DNA of 64,000 nt from an uncultured Verrucomicrobiae bacterium (GTDB lineage Bacteria > Verrucomicrobiota > Verrucomicrobiia > Chthoniobacterales > UBA10450): NCBI GenBank assembly GCA_963815455.1, contig CAWFGO010000001.1:1280001-1344000 (forward strand), in the 5' to 3' direction. The translations under genes were made by a program, and so were the position numbers. Shown here piece by piece: positions 50,600 to 62,199 of this stretch (position 1 is the first letter of the stretch; the number at the start of each line of letters is the position of its first letter). The notes beneath the pieces were generated by a model. That model worked only from the letters and a program-made list of their open reading frames with translations, was not told where the DNA came from and searched no databases.

Positions 50600-51502
50600 G
50601 TGGAACTTCGCCACTTGCGCTACTTCGTTGCCGTGGCCGAGATGGAAAACGTCTCGCGCGCGGCGATGCAACGATTGCACGTATCGCAACCGTCGTTGAG
50701 CCGGCAGATTCGCGATCTCGAGGAGGAAATCGGCGTGCCGTTACTCGAACGCACTGCGAAGTCGGTTCGCCTTACGGACGCCGGTCGCGTCTTTCTCGAC
50801 GAAGCCCGCGCGATTCTGAAGCACGCCGATGATGCGGTGGGGAAAGCCCGCGCGACTGCCGGCAAAGGCGAGACCGAACTGCACATCGGCGACTGGCCGT
50901 TGGCCACGGATCGGCTGATGCCTGCACTTCTTCGCGACTACCGAGAAGCGATGCCCGCCGTGCGCGTGACGCTGCACGATTGGCCGGTGGAAAAGAACAT
51001 CGCGGGCGTGCGCGATGGCCGGTTGCAGCTAGCCATTCTTGTCACTCCGTTCAAAGCAAACGCGCTCGAAGACCTCCGTTTCGAGCAACTGACATCTATC
51101 CGGGTTTGCCTGGCGGTTTCATCCAATCATTCCTTCGCGCGGCGGCAGTCGGTTTCGCTGGCCGACGGGGCGCGCGAACCTTTCATTGGACTAACGTCCG
51201 ATGAATGGCCCCGTTACCAGGAATACCTGTCGGCCATCTTTGCCCGCGTGAACGACAAGCCGCGGGTCGTGGAGGAGCACGACGGTTGGTCCGGTGTTTT
51301 TTCCGCCGTCAGCGCCGGCGCGGGAGTCGCGATCACCTCGAGCGTGTTCAGTCATCCGTCCGCCGATCAGATCAAACTTGTGCGACTGACGCCTGAACCA
51401 AAGCGCGTCGCCCTCGGAATCCTGATGCGAAAAGGAAGACTCAGCCCAGCCGCGGAGAACTTCTGCCAATGCGCGAAAGAAGCGTTCGCGTCGCTTCGTT
51501 AA
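50600..51502 (+). CDS. LysR-family transcriptional regulator
   Basis: ELRHLRYFVAVAE..NVSRAA..LHVSQPSLSRQIRDLEEE; GTG at 50600 (alternative ATG 50573). Confidence 0.95.
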   Translation: MELRHLRYFVAVAEMENVSRAAMQRLHVSQPSLSRQIRDLEEEIGVPLLERTAKSVRLTDAGRVFLDEARAILKHADDAVGKARATAGKGETELHIGDWPLATDRLMPALLRDYREAMPAVRVTLHDWPVEKNIAGVRDGRLQLAILVTPFKANALEDLRFEQLTSIRVCLAVSSNHSFARRQSVSLADGAREPFIGLTSDEWPRYQEYLSAIFARVNDKPRVVEEHDGWSGVFSAVSAGAGVAITSSVFSHPSADQIKLVRLTPEPKRVALGILMRKGRLSPAAENFCQCAKEAFASLR

Positions 51503-51531
51503 GTCCGACTTCGTTCGTTAGGCGCAGCGTG

Positions 51532-51943
51532 CTACCCGCGCGCGTGCATCGACATCAGCTCGCTCCGGCGGGCTTCGCTGAATGTTTTAAGCGGATCACT
51601 GCCTTCGTCGTGCACGCGCTGATGCAGTTCTTCGAGCGAGACATTCGGCGCGAAATATTGCTCGATGATGAGCGTCACGACCGTTTGCGCCTGCGCCAGC
51701 ACCGCCTCCGAGGCGGACAGCCGGATGCGGTTGAGCGAGGCATAGATCGAGCGAATCCATCACATGCTTCGAGCATACGTCGATGAAATCGCCGTAGAGC
51801 GCTTCGTGTTTGCTGACCTCCGCCCGGACTTGTTCGCGCCTAGCGTGTGTTTTTTGCGTGACCCAGGCGGTCGCGAAGCTGGCCGAACCGCCGCAGATGG
51901 TGCCGATAATGCCAGTGAATGCAGTGACGAGCGCCGCGTCCAT
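51532..51943 (-). pseudogene. Small membrane-anchored hypothetical protein, frame-disrupted near 51745
   Basis: MDAALVTAFTGIIG... continues in another frame as YASLNRIRLSASEAVL...DPLKTFSEA..EL. Confidence 0.55.
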
Positions 51944-51946
51944 GAA

Positions 51947-53272
51947 CTATGCGGCGCGTCGTGCGCGGATGCGAGCCCACCGCTCGCTCACGTCTTCCAG
52001 ATCACGCAAGGTGATCATCTGTTCGATGTCGCGCCCGAATAAAAGATCGAGCGTCCACCCCGTCATGACGCGCAATTTCTTCACCAGGCGCGGCAGCTTC
52101 AGGAGATACACCGAGCGCCACATCGCCCAGGCGATGAATCCGGAGAACTTGAATCCGAACATGCTCGCCACGCCGGTGTGATGACCGATGCTCGCGAGCA
52201 TGCCCATGGTTCGATATCGAAACGGCTTCAGTGGTTGATTGAGAATTGTTCGTTCGATGTTTTTCGCCGCGGTCACCGCTTCACGCATTCCGTGCTGCGC
52301 AGTCGGCGGATAAAAAGTCCGAGCCGGACTGGCGGTTAGGTCAGGAACTGCCGCGCAATCGCCCGCCGCCCAGAGGCCGGTAAATCCCGGAACCTGGAGA
52401 TATTCATTTGCGATGATCCGCCCTCTCTCTTTCGGGCACGGCAGCGCCGCGACCGCCGGGCTCGGTTTCACTCCTGCGGTCCAGACGAGTGTCGCCGCCG
52501 GAAGCGAGATGCCGTTGTCCAGGGTGACGAACCAGCCATCGTAGCTCGCCACGCGCGCGCCCCTGATCACTTCCACTTTACGCTCGCGCATTTTGCGTTC
52601 GGCATAACGACCCAGCTCTTCGCCCAACTCCGGCAACAAATAATCTCCCGGATGAATCACCACGACGCGAATCTCCTCGTCGCCCACTCGCGGATAGAAC
52701 TTCGCCGTTTCGCGCAGGAAATCGTTCACCGCGCCGGCCGTTTCCGCGCCGGCAAATCCGCCGCCCGCGATTACGAAGGTGAGCGATTGACGGCGCGTGG
52801 CCGCATCGCTCTCGAGCGTCGCTTCCTCCAAAAACGCCACCATGCGATTTCGGAGCAGCGTCGCGTCGTTCAGATTCTTCATCGTCGTCGCCCAATCGCG
52901 GATGCCGGCGTTCTCGAAGAAGTTTGTCTCCGAGCCGAGCGCGAGGAGCAGATGATCAAAACCGAGCTCGAGCTCATCGCCGTCGAGTCCATGAACGCAG
53001 CGAACTCTGCGCGCGCCAGGATCGATCGACTGCACGTCGGCCTGGATCACGTTGACATGGCGCAAAATGCGCCGCAGCGGATTCACGATATCGCCTGGCG
53101 CAAGATCGCCCGCCGCGACTTCATGCAACATCGGCGTAAAGAGAATGAAATTCTCCCGCGCGATGAGCGTGACTTCGATGTCCGGCCGGCGGGCCAGATG
53201 TTTGTCGAGATGTCTCGCCGCATAGAGCCCGGCAAATCCCCCGCCCGCGATCAGAATCTTCGTCTTTTTCAT
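51947..53272 (-). CDS. Type II NADH dehydrogenase-like FAD oxidoreductase
   Basis: GGGFAG (twice); FTPMLHEVA; WTAG; AGDCA; PTAQH; GFIAW.MWR..YL. Confidence 0.93.
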   Translation of the reverse strand: MKKTKILIAGGGFAGLYAARHLDKHLARRPDIEVTLIARENFILFTPMLHEVAAGDLAPGDIVNPLRRILRHVNVIQADVQSIDPGARRVRCVHGLDGDELELGFDHLLLALGSETNFFENAGIRDWATTMKNLNDATLLRNRMVAFLEEATLESDAATRRQSLTFVIAGGGFAGAETAGAVNDFLRETAKFYPRVGDEEIRVVVIHPGDYLLPELGEELGRYAERKMRERKVEVIRGARVASYDGWFVTLDNGISLPAATLVWTAGVKPSPAVAALPCPKERGRIIANEYLQVPGFTGLWAAGDCAAVPDLTASPARTFYPPTAQHGMREAVTAAKNIERTILNQPLKPFRYRTMGMLASIGHHTGVASMFGFKFSGFIAWAMWRSVYLLKLPRLVKKLRVMTGWTLDLLFGRDIEQMITLRDLEDVSERWARIRARRAA

Positions 53273-53300
53273 GCGACAATATTCGCGTGGTGTCGTGCTG

Positions 53301-53344
53301 TTGTGAAAGACTCTGTTTCTCGCCTCAGCATAGGTGGCAAGCAT
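53301..53344. promoter_or_regulatory. Putative LysR operator, copy 2 (NDH-2 promoter)
   Basis: TTGTGAAAGACTCTGTTTCTCGCCTCAGCATAGGTGGCAAGCAT; duplicate of 50544..50587. Confidence 0.6.
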
Positions 53345-53554
53345 GCTGAAGTTCGCGGGCCTGGCATTCTTTTAGGAAACTGTGACGGCTGAACAGCAGG
53401 CGGCTCCGCTCTCTCTGCCTGACAGACTTGCGTTCGGCCCGCGAGCCGCCCAACCGCCTAAAACGTTACCGGCCGACGACGCGCTCGTAGCTACGCTGCA
53501 AAGGCTTGAAAATGCTGTCCGATTGCGATCGTTAAGATCATACTTCACGAGCTT

Positions 53555-54130
53555 GTGAAGAGTTCATTGGAATCGGAGAGCGTTGATATTGACCTGAACC
53601 CGGCAACTCGATGGTTGATTGTTTCGGCTGCGGTGGTGTTTGTCTGCGGGGTTCTGGCGATGGTGCTGCCTCTCATTTTTTCCGTAGGCATCGCCGCCTT
53701 GTTAGGCTGGCTTCTTGTGTTCGCGGGTATTGCTCATTTCACCTACGGGATTCATTTCCAACGCGGCACCTTGGGCTGGCATGCTCTCGTAGCCGGACTG
53801 TATGGTGTGGCTGCGATCAATCTCCTGGTAAATCCGCTGCTCGGGGTCGTTTTTCTGGTACTGATAGTAGGCGTCGTTCTCATTGCCGAAGGGATCATTG
53901 AGATCGGCTTGTTTTTTGTGCTCCGCCAATATCGCCATTCCATCTGGATCCTGATCGACGGGATAGTGACTCTGATGCTCGGGATTGTTGTCTGCGGACA
54001 TTGGCCACCGGCCGCACCGGAGTTTATTCAATACCTGGTGGGGATCGGTTTTATTTCGAGTGGCATTTCCCGCCTGTTGTTGGCCTTTGCAATGCGCGTG
54101 GTTGAGCCAACAGAGGCACCGGTTGAATAA
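53555..54130 (+). CDS. HdeD/DUF308 family membrane protein
   Basis: About six TM helices; GWLLVFAGI; AEGIIE; W.LIDGIVTL.LG. Confidence 0.85.
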   Translation: MKSSLESESVDIDLNPATRWLIVSAAVVFVCGVLAMVLPLIFSVGIAALLGWLLVFAGIAHFTYGIHFQRGTLGWHALVAGLYGVAAINLLVNPLLGVVFLVLIVGVVLIAEGIIEIGLFFVLRQYRHSIWILIDGIVTLMLGIVVCGHWPPAAPEFIQYLVGIGFISSGISRLLLAFAMRVVEPTEAPVE

Positions 54131-54261
54131 AGGAAAAAACCAGACCATTCCAAGATCCCGATCTGTCCTCCGCGCTGGGGACGTGTGTCGGCGAAACCTG
54201 CGGCAGCAGGATCAGGTTTCAAGATCAGGAAGTCGCGCGATCCCAACCAGGAAGAAATATT

Positions 54262-55167
54262 ATGAAAGCAAAAGAGATCATCGAAATAACCCGGCAAATC
54301 GCCCGTCCATTCCGGGTCACTAAGGGCGAAAGGTTCCGTCTCAAAGACTTCGATCCGAGTGACACACTGGAGTTTACGAAAGAGGAGCATAAGCCGCTGG
54401 CGAAAGAAGTGCTGGCCATGGGAGTGGCGGCACTGTCGGATTTGCAGGACAAACTTTACGCCCAAGATAAGTGGGCGGTGCTTCTCATCTTTCAAGCTAT
54501 GGACGCCGCGGGCAAAGATGGCGTCATCAAACACGTGATGTCAGGCGTGAATCCGCAAGGTTGCCAGGTCTTTTCCTTTAAGGCGCCGTCGGCCGAAGAC
54601 CTGGATCACGATTATTTATGGCGCTGCATGAAGGTTTTGCCCAACCGCGGCCAGATTGGAATCTTCAATCGCAGTTATTACGAGGAAGTGCTTGTCGTCC
54701 GAGTGCATCCGGAACTCTTGAAGAGAGAGAAAACGCCGCCAGAGCTGGTAGGGAAGAAAATCTGGGACGAGCGTTTCAAAGATATTCGTCACTTCGAACA
54801 ATACCTGGCGCGTAACGGCATCGTGGTGCGCAAATTCTTTCTCCATGTCTCAAAGAAAGAGCAGAAGCGGCGTTTTCTCGAGCGCATCGACAATCCGCAG
54901 AAGAACTGGAAGTTTTCAGCCAACGACCTCGCCGAGCGCGATTTTTGGGGCGATTACATGAATGCGTACGAAGAAATGATCCAGAAAACGGCGACCGAAG
55001 AAGCGCCGTGGTATGTGGTGCCGGCCGATAACAAACCGTTTACCCGAGTGGCCGTCGCAGCAGCGGTGATAGAGACGCTGGCGGATCTCAATTTGAAATA
55101 TCCAGAAGTTGGTACGGACAAGCTCGCGGAGCTTGCAGCTGCGAAACGGAAGTTACTGAAAAGGTAG
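54262..55167 (+). CDS. ppk2: Polyphosphate kinase 2 family (class III-like)
   Basis: QAMDAAGKDG; SFKAPS; IFNRSYYEEVLVVRVH; KNWKFS; PWYVVPAD. Confidence 0.93.
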   Translation: MKAKEIIEITRQIARPFRVTKGERFRLKDFDPSDTLEFTKEEHKPLAKEVLAMGVAALSDLQDKLYAQDKWAVLLIFQAMDAAGKDGVIKHVMSGVNPQGCQVFSFKAPSAEDLDHDYLWRCMKVLPNRGQIGIFNRSYYEEVLVVRVHPELLKREKTPPELVGKKIWDERFKDIRHFEQYLARNGIVVRKFFLHVSKKEQKRRFLERIDNPQKNWKFSANDLAERDFWGDYMNAYEEMIQKTATEEAPWYVVPADNKPFTRVAVAAAVIETLADLNLKYPEVGTDKLAELAAAKRKLLKR

Positions 55168-55233
55168 TTCTCCGCCTGCGATTGCTGAACGTGTCTCGAC
55201 TGCAATAAGGGGCTGCGGTGCGAGGCAGGACAA

Positions 55234-57018
55234 TCACCTATTAGCTGTTATCCGGGCGTCGCTAGAATTACTGAAGGCCGACGGCTTTGCCGAGTCTTTA
55301 CTTCCGACGCGTTCCTTAAGAATTCTCATCACCTCGGAGATGCCTTGAGGATTCTGATTTGCGCCGTGGCCCGACGGCACAATCTTCTCGGATTCGGCTC
55401 CGTCCAGATGCGAACTCCAATAGGGCACGACACCATCGCTGCTGTTGGGCGTATCTCCGCGGCCCCGATCGCCGATGATCGAGTGGTAGGGGACGCTTCT
55501 TGCCAGCGGCAGGGTATTCATGATTTTCATAAACGGATCGTTAGGCGAAAGCGTGTCGATGCTGTTTGGCAGTCGTTTCAGTTTCATGACTGTTGGGTCC
55601 TCCTGAAAGACGGATGCGCGCAAAACCTCGGAGCGGAGCCCTACAAATCGTAACGACTTGCGGACGATGCCCGATGCTATTCGACCGATCGGACCTTTTG
55701 CGATAGCACTGCCACGATGTGGCGTAGAGATGAAAATAACTCGCGCCACATCGCGCCGCGGCTTGAAAATCAACGCCTCCCTGAGCAACGCCTTGTTTTC
55801 CGGAGAGAGTTTGGCCTGATCCGGCGATGTGCCGAAAAAGTAGCGCCAGACCTTGTCACTGCGTGAGTCGCTGATCATAAGATGGCAAAGGATCCCACCC
55901 ATGCTATGACCGACTAGGACAATAGGTCGGTGGTGAGGAAAGGCTTTGTCCAGCGCGTCGAGCTGGCGCCGGAGCAGCAAGGCTGAGTATGGGATAGGAT
56001 AGCCGGTCGGGTAATTGAACACCCACATTTGGTAATTTTGGCGCACGATCGGATCAGCCCAGAGCGCGTTCAGCATCTGTGTCCAAGTCACGGACGTGCT
56101 TTCGAGACCGTGAACGAAAAGAACGGGAATTTTTCTTGAATCGTACGGTTGGACTTGTATGAGGCGAGCCGTGTCGGCGAATTTTTCCGGGTTGAGCAGC
56201 GCCGGCACGCCCATTTTCTCTGGATGCTCGCGAGACAAGCCTACCGCCAACGGCGCAGTGAAGTCGGCGGCAGCCCGCACGGTCCGACCCGAGACGTTGG
56301 TCGTTTCCACGGAAAGTGGGTCATTGAATTCGACTTCGCACGTGCGGCCACTAAAATGGGCCACCGCAGTTACAGCGAAATAAATACGTGGCGGAACAAA
56401 CCGCTGCCGAATTTCTGGAGCCTGCTCGTTGCGCACGGCGACCAGCGACGCGCCGGCGCCGGTCCGAGTGATACGAGGAACAACAAGCTTGCCGCGCACA
56501 TCAAGCTCGTCGGCAGGAATCAGGTCGAAATCCCGCGGTTTCCAGAGCGGGTTAGCGACTGGACGTTGGCTAAGAACATACTCACCTCCATTCGGTGCCG
56601 GCAGGTGTAATGGATGCGTCCAAGGATCGAGATGAGCGTCCCGAATTGTGGAAAAAACGCGCGATAACGCAAAGTTGTAGTCGCGTAAAGCCAGGGCATC
56701 GTTGGGACGTTTCCGCAATTCCTCGCTGGTCGTGTCGACCGCACTAAGATAAAGCCCGACTGCTTTCTTTGGCTCGGTACGCTGCAGTGTCTGCGCAGCT
56801 GCGATCGCTTGCTCGGCACGCTCAAGCTGGGGCAGCGTCCCATGTTGCGCACCCAGTTTAGGATTGATCTCGCGAACCTTTGCCAACGGCGCGCAAGCAC
56901 CGAGCGTTGCCAGCGTGGCGACGAGAAGGACGAGCGCTTGGTTTCTTTTAATTCGTGACGTGATACAGCGATAACTCGTTCGTGAAAACCGATTGGTCTC
57001 TTGCGCGGCCACTTTCAC
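55234..57018 (-). CDS. Alpha/beta-hydrolase fold lipoprotein
   Basis: Lipobox LGAC; VHGL; GHSMGG; TPHRGS; DGVVPYWSSH. Confidence 0.88.
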   Translation of the reverse strand: MKVAAQETNRFSRTSYRCITSRIKRNQALVLLVATLATLGACAPLAKVREINPKLGAQHGTLPQLERAEQAIAAAQTLQRTEPKKAVGLYLSAVDTTSEELRKRPNDALALRDYNFALSRVFSTIRDAHLDPWTHPLHLPAPNGGEYVLSQRPVANPLWKPRDFDLIPADELDVRGKLVVPRITRTGAGASLVAVRNEQAPEIRQRFVPPRIYFAVTAVAHFSGRTCEVEFNDPLSVETTNVSGRTVRAAADFTAPLAVGLSREHPEKMGVPALLNPEKFADTARLIQVQPYDSRKIPVLFVHGLESTSVTWTQMLNALWADPIVRQNYQMWVFNYPTGYPIPYSALLLRRQLDALDKAFPHHRPIVLVGHSMGGILCHLMISDSRSDKVWRYFFGTSPDQAKLSPENKALLREALIFKPRRDVARVIFISTPHRGSAIAKGPIGRIASGIVRKSLRFVGLRSEVLRASVFQEDPTVMKLKRLPNSIDTLSPNDPFMKIMNTLPLARSVPYHSIIGDRGRGDTPNSSDGVVPYWSSHLDGAESEKIVPSGHGANQNPQGISEVMRILKERVGSKDSAKPSAFSNSSDARITANR

Positions 57019-57027
57019 AAAAACTCG

Positions 57028-58152
57028 TCACATCGACCCGATGGTCTTGCGGAAACGCGCCAGCGCGACGGCGAAGAGAAGCGCCCCGATGAGCGCGAGG
57101 GCCAGGAATTGCGGCCAAACGACATCGAGGCCGCCGCCGCGAAAGATAATTTTCTGCGCGACCTTGACGAAGTGAGTGGTCGGCGCTGCGATCATGATCT
57201 GCTGGACGAATTCGGGCATGCTCTCGCGCGGGGTTACGCCACCGGATAACATTTGGAGCGGTAAAAGCACCATGATCATGAGGAGAGCGAACTGCGGCAT
57301 GGTGCGGGCGAAGGTGGCCAGGAAAATGCCTAACGATGTGGCCGCGATGATGTGGAGGGCCGTGCCGCAGAGGAAGAGCGTCCTCGACCCGTTGATTGGG
57401 ACCTGAAGCACTCCCTCGACGATGAAGATCAGGCAGAGCGCGGAGGCGACCAGCACCACCAATCCCATTGACCAGATCTTGCTCGTCATAATTTGGAATG
57501 GCGTCACCGGCATGACTAACAAATGCTCGACGGTGCCGCGCTCGCGCTCGCGGATGAGGGCCGCGCCCGTGAGCAGGACCGAAAGCATGGTGATCTGGTC
57601 GATCAGCGCCACCACCGCGCCGAACGAACGCCGGCTCAGGTTGGCGTTGTAACGCACCCGCTCTTCAATATCGACCGGTGGCTTGAAGACGGTTCGATAA
57701 CGCTGTAGCCAGCTCTGGACTTCCTCGAGCACGATCCTCTGAACGTAGGAGCTGCCGCTGAACGCCTGACTGATTCGCGTCGCATCGGTATTGAGTTGGA
57801 TGGCAGGCGAGCGCCCGGCCAGCACGTCCTGCTGGAAATTGGGACGAATATCGAGAGCGAACGTATCCTGGCCGCTGTCCATCCGAGCATCCATTTCCTC
57901 CCGCGACACCATGGTCGGCGGCTTGAACCAGGGTGGCTGGAAGGCGTTGACGATCCGTTGTGAAAGGGCCGACTGGTCCTCATCCACGATGGCGATAGGC
58001 GCCTGGCTAAGCGAGTCGGGTAAAGCGGTCGAGATGGAATAGATCGTCAGCGTGAACGCGTAAACGATCAGCAGAATCATGATCGGGTCGCGTGCGAGGC
58101 TCCACATTTCTTTGACGCCGAGATGCAGAATGTTCTTGCCGCTCATGTTCAT
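57028..58152 (-). CDS. ABC-2 permease (YhhJ-like)
   Basis: [36 protein letters not shown]. Confidence 0.92.
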   Translation of the reverse strand: MNMSGKNILHLGVKEMWSLARDPIMILLIVYAFTLTIYSISTALPDSLSQAPIAIVDEDQSALSQRIVNAFQPPWFKPPTMVSREEMDARMDSGQDTFALDIRPNFQQDVLAGRSPAIQLNTDATRISQAFSGSSYVQRIVLEEVQSWLQRYRTVFKPPVDIEERVRYNANLSRRSFGAVVALIDQITMLSVLLTGAALIRERERGTVEHLLVMPVTPFQIMTSKIWSMGLVVLVASALCLIFIVEGVLQVPINGSRTLFLCGTALHIIAATSLGIFLATFARTMPQFALLMIMVLLPLQMLSGGVTPRESMPEFVQQIMIAAPTTHFVKVAQKIIFRGGGLDVVWPQFLALALIGALLFAVALARFRKTIGSM

Positions 58153-60991
58153 TTCTCCTGTTTCTTCAAGAACAGCACGCTCAACCCGATGAGCACCGGG
58201 ATGGCGATCAGCAGCGGAATGAAGGACTCATAAAGCCCGGCGAAACCGAGCGCCTTGTAAAACGTCCCGCGGGAGATAGTAATGTAATAGGCAGTCGGGT
58301 AAATGTTTCCCACAAACCGACCGAAGCCGCTAAGCGATGAAACTGGATCGGTCAGGCCGCAGAAATTGCCGGCCGGGACCAAAGTGAGAATCGTCGTGGC
58401 GAACAGCGCCGCCACCTGGGTGCGGGTGAGGGTTGAAATAAGTATCCCAATCCCGGTGGAGCAGGCGACGTAGAGTAGCGTGCCGGCGGCGGCGGTCAGG
58501 AAATCTCCCTTCATCGGCACGCGGAAAAGAGTTACCGCCAACAAGACGAGCAGCAGGAAGTTGAGCATGCCGAGTGCGACGTAGGGGAGCTGTTTGCCTA
58601 ACAGGAACTCCAGCCGCGTCGTCGGCGTGACGTAGAAGTTGATGATCGACCCGAGGTCCTTCTCGCGAACGACCGAGAGCGTCGCCAGCATGGCCGGGAT
58701 CAAGAGCAGCAAGAGCGGGATCACCGCCGGCACCATCGCCATCAGGCTGTTGACATCTGGGTTGTAGCGGTAGCGCAGTTCGACGGTGGCGGGAGTAATC
58801 ACCGGCTGACCGCCGCGATAACGGGCGACTTGGTTCAGCCATCCAAGATGCATGCCTTGCACGTATCCGCGAATCGTTTCGGCGCGTTGCGGCATGGCGC
58901 CGTCGATCCAAACGCCTACCTTGACCGGCGGTTTTCCCTCGCTCCAACGCTCGACGTCGCGGCCAAAGTCAGGCGGTATCTCAACCACCATGCTGAGTTC
59001 TCCCGAACTCATCCGGCGGTCGAGTTCCTGATAGTTAGCGACCGGCGGACGTTCGACGAAATACCGGCTGGCTCCTGCTATATTAATAAGGTAGTCGCGG
59101 CTGATGGTTGTCTGGTCGCGGTCGAGCACGGCAAACTTCAGGTGTTCGACATCCAGGGTGATGCCGTAGCCCATGATGATCATCAGGATCACGCTGCCCA
59201 GCCCGGCCATCGTTAGCCGGATAGGGTCGCGGCTCAGCTCCATCAGCTCGCGGTGGCTGCTTGCCAACATTCGCTGGAAGCTGAAGCGGGAACCAGCGGT
59301 CGGAGGTCCGGCGTTAGAAGTCACATGGTCGGAAGCTCGCCGTTTCGGCCTGTTTTGTCTGACCCGCGACTTCTGGCTCCTGACTTCTGGCTTTCTCCGC
59401 GTCTTCCAGGTAGCCGATGAAGGCATCCTCCAGTGTGGCGGCGCCGCGCTTCTTCACCACGCCATCCGGCGTATCGACGACCAGCACCTTGCCCGCGCTC
59501 ATGAGCGAGATGCGGTCGCACCGCTCGGCCTCGTTGATGAAGTGAGTCGTGATAAAGATGGTGACCTTGTCGCGGCGGGACAACTCGATCAGGTGTTCCC
59601 AGAATCCATCGCGCGCGACTGGATCAACGCCCGAGGTCGGCTCGTCGAGGATCAGCAGGTCGGGCTTGTGGATGAGTGCGACGGCCAGCTGCAGTCGCTG
59701 CCGTTGTCCCAAGGGGAGCGAGTCGGGCAGCGCCTCCATGATCGGGATCGAGGCCGAACCGCGTAGCCGTCTGTTCGACGCGCCGCGGGATCTCGTCCTC
59801 GGGGACATGGAACAGCTGGGCATGCAGGACGAGGTTCTGCCGCACCGTGAGCTCGTAATAGAGCGAGAAGGCCTGCGACATGTAGCCGATCTTGCGCCGG
59901 ACGTTGATGTCGTTCGCATCGACCGACTGACCGAACAGCCAGGCCTGCCCCTCGGTAGCTGGCAGCAGGCCGCACAGCATTTTCATCGTGGTCGATTTGC
60001 CGCAGCCGTTGGCGCCGAGGAACCCGAAAATTTCGCCGCGCTCGATCCGGAAGTTGACGTGATCGACGGCGATGAAGTCGCCGAAGTGCTGGGTCAGGCC
60101 GTGCGCCTCGATGATCATCTCATGCTCGCCTGGCGGCCGCGGAGGAATCACAAGCTCCTTGTGGCCATGCCGTTTTTCTTCTGGCAGCAGTGCGATGAAG
60201 GCGTCGTCGAGATCGTGGGCGCCGGTGCGCTCCAACAACTCTGCCGGCGTGCCGGTAGCGAGCACGTTGCCTGCGTACATCGCCACTAACCAGTCGAACT
60301 GCGCGGCCTCCTCCATGTAGGCGGTCGAGACCATTACGCTCATGCCGGGCCGAGTCGCGCGGATGCGATCGATCAACTCCCAGAACTGGCGGCGCGAGAG
60401 CGGATCGACGCCGGTCGTCGGCTCGTCCAGGATCAACAGGTCCGGGTCATGAATCAATGCGCAACACAAGCAGAGCTTCTGCTTCATGCCGCCGGAGAGC
60501 TTGCCCGCCGGCCGGTTGGGGAAGCGTTCCAGCCCGATGCTGTCCAGCAGCTCGAAGATGCGGCGCTCGCTCTCCTCCTTGCTGTAGCCGAACAGCCGCC
60601 CGAAGTAGTCGGCGTTCTCGAACACGGAGAGCGTCGGATAAAGGTTCTTGCCCAGACCTTGCGGCATGTAGGCAATGCGCGGACACGTCGCCCGCCGAAA
60701 GCGCGCATCCGCCATGTCGCCGCCCAAGGCCTCGACGCGCCCTTCCTGGATTCGGCGCGAGCCGGCGATCAGCGCAAGCACGCTGGACTTCCCCACGCCG
60801 TCTGGTCCGATCAAGCCGACCATGCGCCCGGCCGGGACTTCAAGGTTCACGGCATCCAGCGCAAGCGTCTTACCGTAGCGTAATGTTACGTTCGTTAGGC
60901 GCGCGGCCGCTGCCTGGGGCGGCTCGCGCGCATCGCCCGCCACACGCGCACGTCGATCTTGCGTGTCAACGCGCTGGAATTCCGCGATCAT
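58149..60991 (-). CDS. rbbA: RbbA-type dual-ATPase/permease fusion; frameshifts near 59745 and 59330
   Basis: [53 protein letters not shown], spread across three ORFs. Confidence 0.88.
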
Positions 60992-62199
60992 TCCGGAAGC
61001 CTGACCGCGAGGTTCGCGGGCCACTGCGCGTTGGGATCGAGTTTCACGTACGCGACTCCGGGCAGCCCGGTCTTCACCTTCTCGAGGTGCTTCCTGAGCA
61101 GGTCCTGCGGAATGTGGGCCTTCACGCGAAACGTTAGTTTTTGCCGTTCCTCTTTCGTCTCGACCGTCTTGGGCGTGAACTGCGCGACGTCGGCAACGAA
61201 AGTCACATTTGCCGGGATCACGAGCTCCGGTGCGGCATCGAGAACGATTCGCGCTTCTGCTCCCATGTTCACGCGACCCACCAGTTTCTCGGGAAGGAAA
61301 AGGGTCATGTAAACGTCCGCCAGATCGACCATGTTGAGCACCTTTCCTCCGGCCGGAAGAACCTCGCGTTCCTGGGCAATCTTGTATTGGACTCGGCCGT
61401 CCCGCGGCGCCTTGAGCGCGCTGTCGGTGATGTCCGCCTCGATGCGCACAATGGTTGCTTCGGCGGCGGCGATATTTGCCTTCGCGCTCACCAGCTGGGC
61501 GCGTGCGGCTTCAATTGCGGCCTGGGCTGTGTCCACCTGCGCTTGCGCAGTCTTCACTGCAGCATCGGCCGCGTGCTCGGTCGCGCGGTCGTCATCCAGT
61601 TGCTGCGGGGTGTCGACCCTTTCACGTGTCAGTTGCTCGGTTCGGACAAGTCTGCGCTTGGCTGCATCCCAGTTCGCGTCGCGTTGCGCCACCGTTGCAA
61701 TGGCCGCGGCTTTCTCGCTCTCTTTCGCCGTTACCTGCGCTTCCGCCGCATTGGCGTTGTGCACGGCTGCTTCACGTTGCGCGCGCGCCTCATTTAGTTG
61801 CGCCTGCAGCGTATCGGTCTGCATCTGCACCAGCAATTGCCCGGCTTGGACAAACTCGCCTTCCTTGACGAAAATCTTCTCTATCCGGCCGGCGATCTTC
61901 GCCGCGATGTCGATGTCGGTCGCTTCGATTCTGCCGTTGCCGCTCGCCAAACCAACGTTTTGCGGGTGGAGCTTCTGCCAGGTATAAAAGCCAGCGCCTG
62001 CGGCGAGCGCGATTACGGCCAGAATAACGAGTAGGCGAGACCACTTCTTCCCCTTCGCCATCGCTGAATCAACTGGTGGTTTTCGCGGAGCTTGATCGCC
62101 CGATGGTTTTTGCGATGTGATGTCGGGTACCGGTGCTGTTTCAGTTTTAGGCGTTGGGTTCATGTTGCGACTTGTGGCTGGTTCTGTTTGCGTTTGCAT
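60988..62199 (-). CDS. HlyD-family membrane fusion protein (YhiI-like)
   Basis: TM anchor; SGNGRIEAT; coiled coil; [18 protein letters not shown]. Confidence 0.93.
   Translation of the reverse strand: MQTQTEPATSRNMNPTPKTETAPVPDITSQKPSGDQAPRKPPVDSAMAKGKKWSRLLVILAVIALAAGAGFYTWQKLHPQNVGLASGNGRIEATDIDIAAKIAGRIEKIFVKEGEFVQAGQLLVQMQTDTLQAQLNEARAQREAAVHNANAAEAQVTAKESEKAAAIATVAQRDANWDAAKRRLVRTEQLTRERVDTPQQLDDDRATEHAADAAVKTAQAQVDTAQAAIEAARAQLVSAKANIAAAEATIVRIEADITDSALKAPRDGRVQYKIAQEREVLPAGGKVLNMVDLADVYMTLFLPEKLVGRVNMGAEARIVLDAAPELVIPANVTFVADVAQFTPKTVETKEERQKLTFRVKAHIPQDLLRKHLEKVKTGLPGVAYVKLDPNAQWPANLAVRLPE

Noticed and set aside
10634..60991. Programmed frameshifting in the ArnT-like gene, epimerase, GT4, pqqE and rbbA
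   Set aside because: No consistent slippery sites, and these families are not known to be recoded. Sequencing indels are the simpler explanation.
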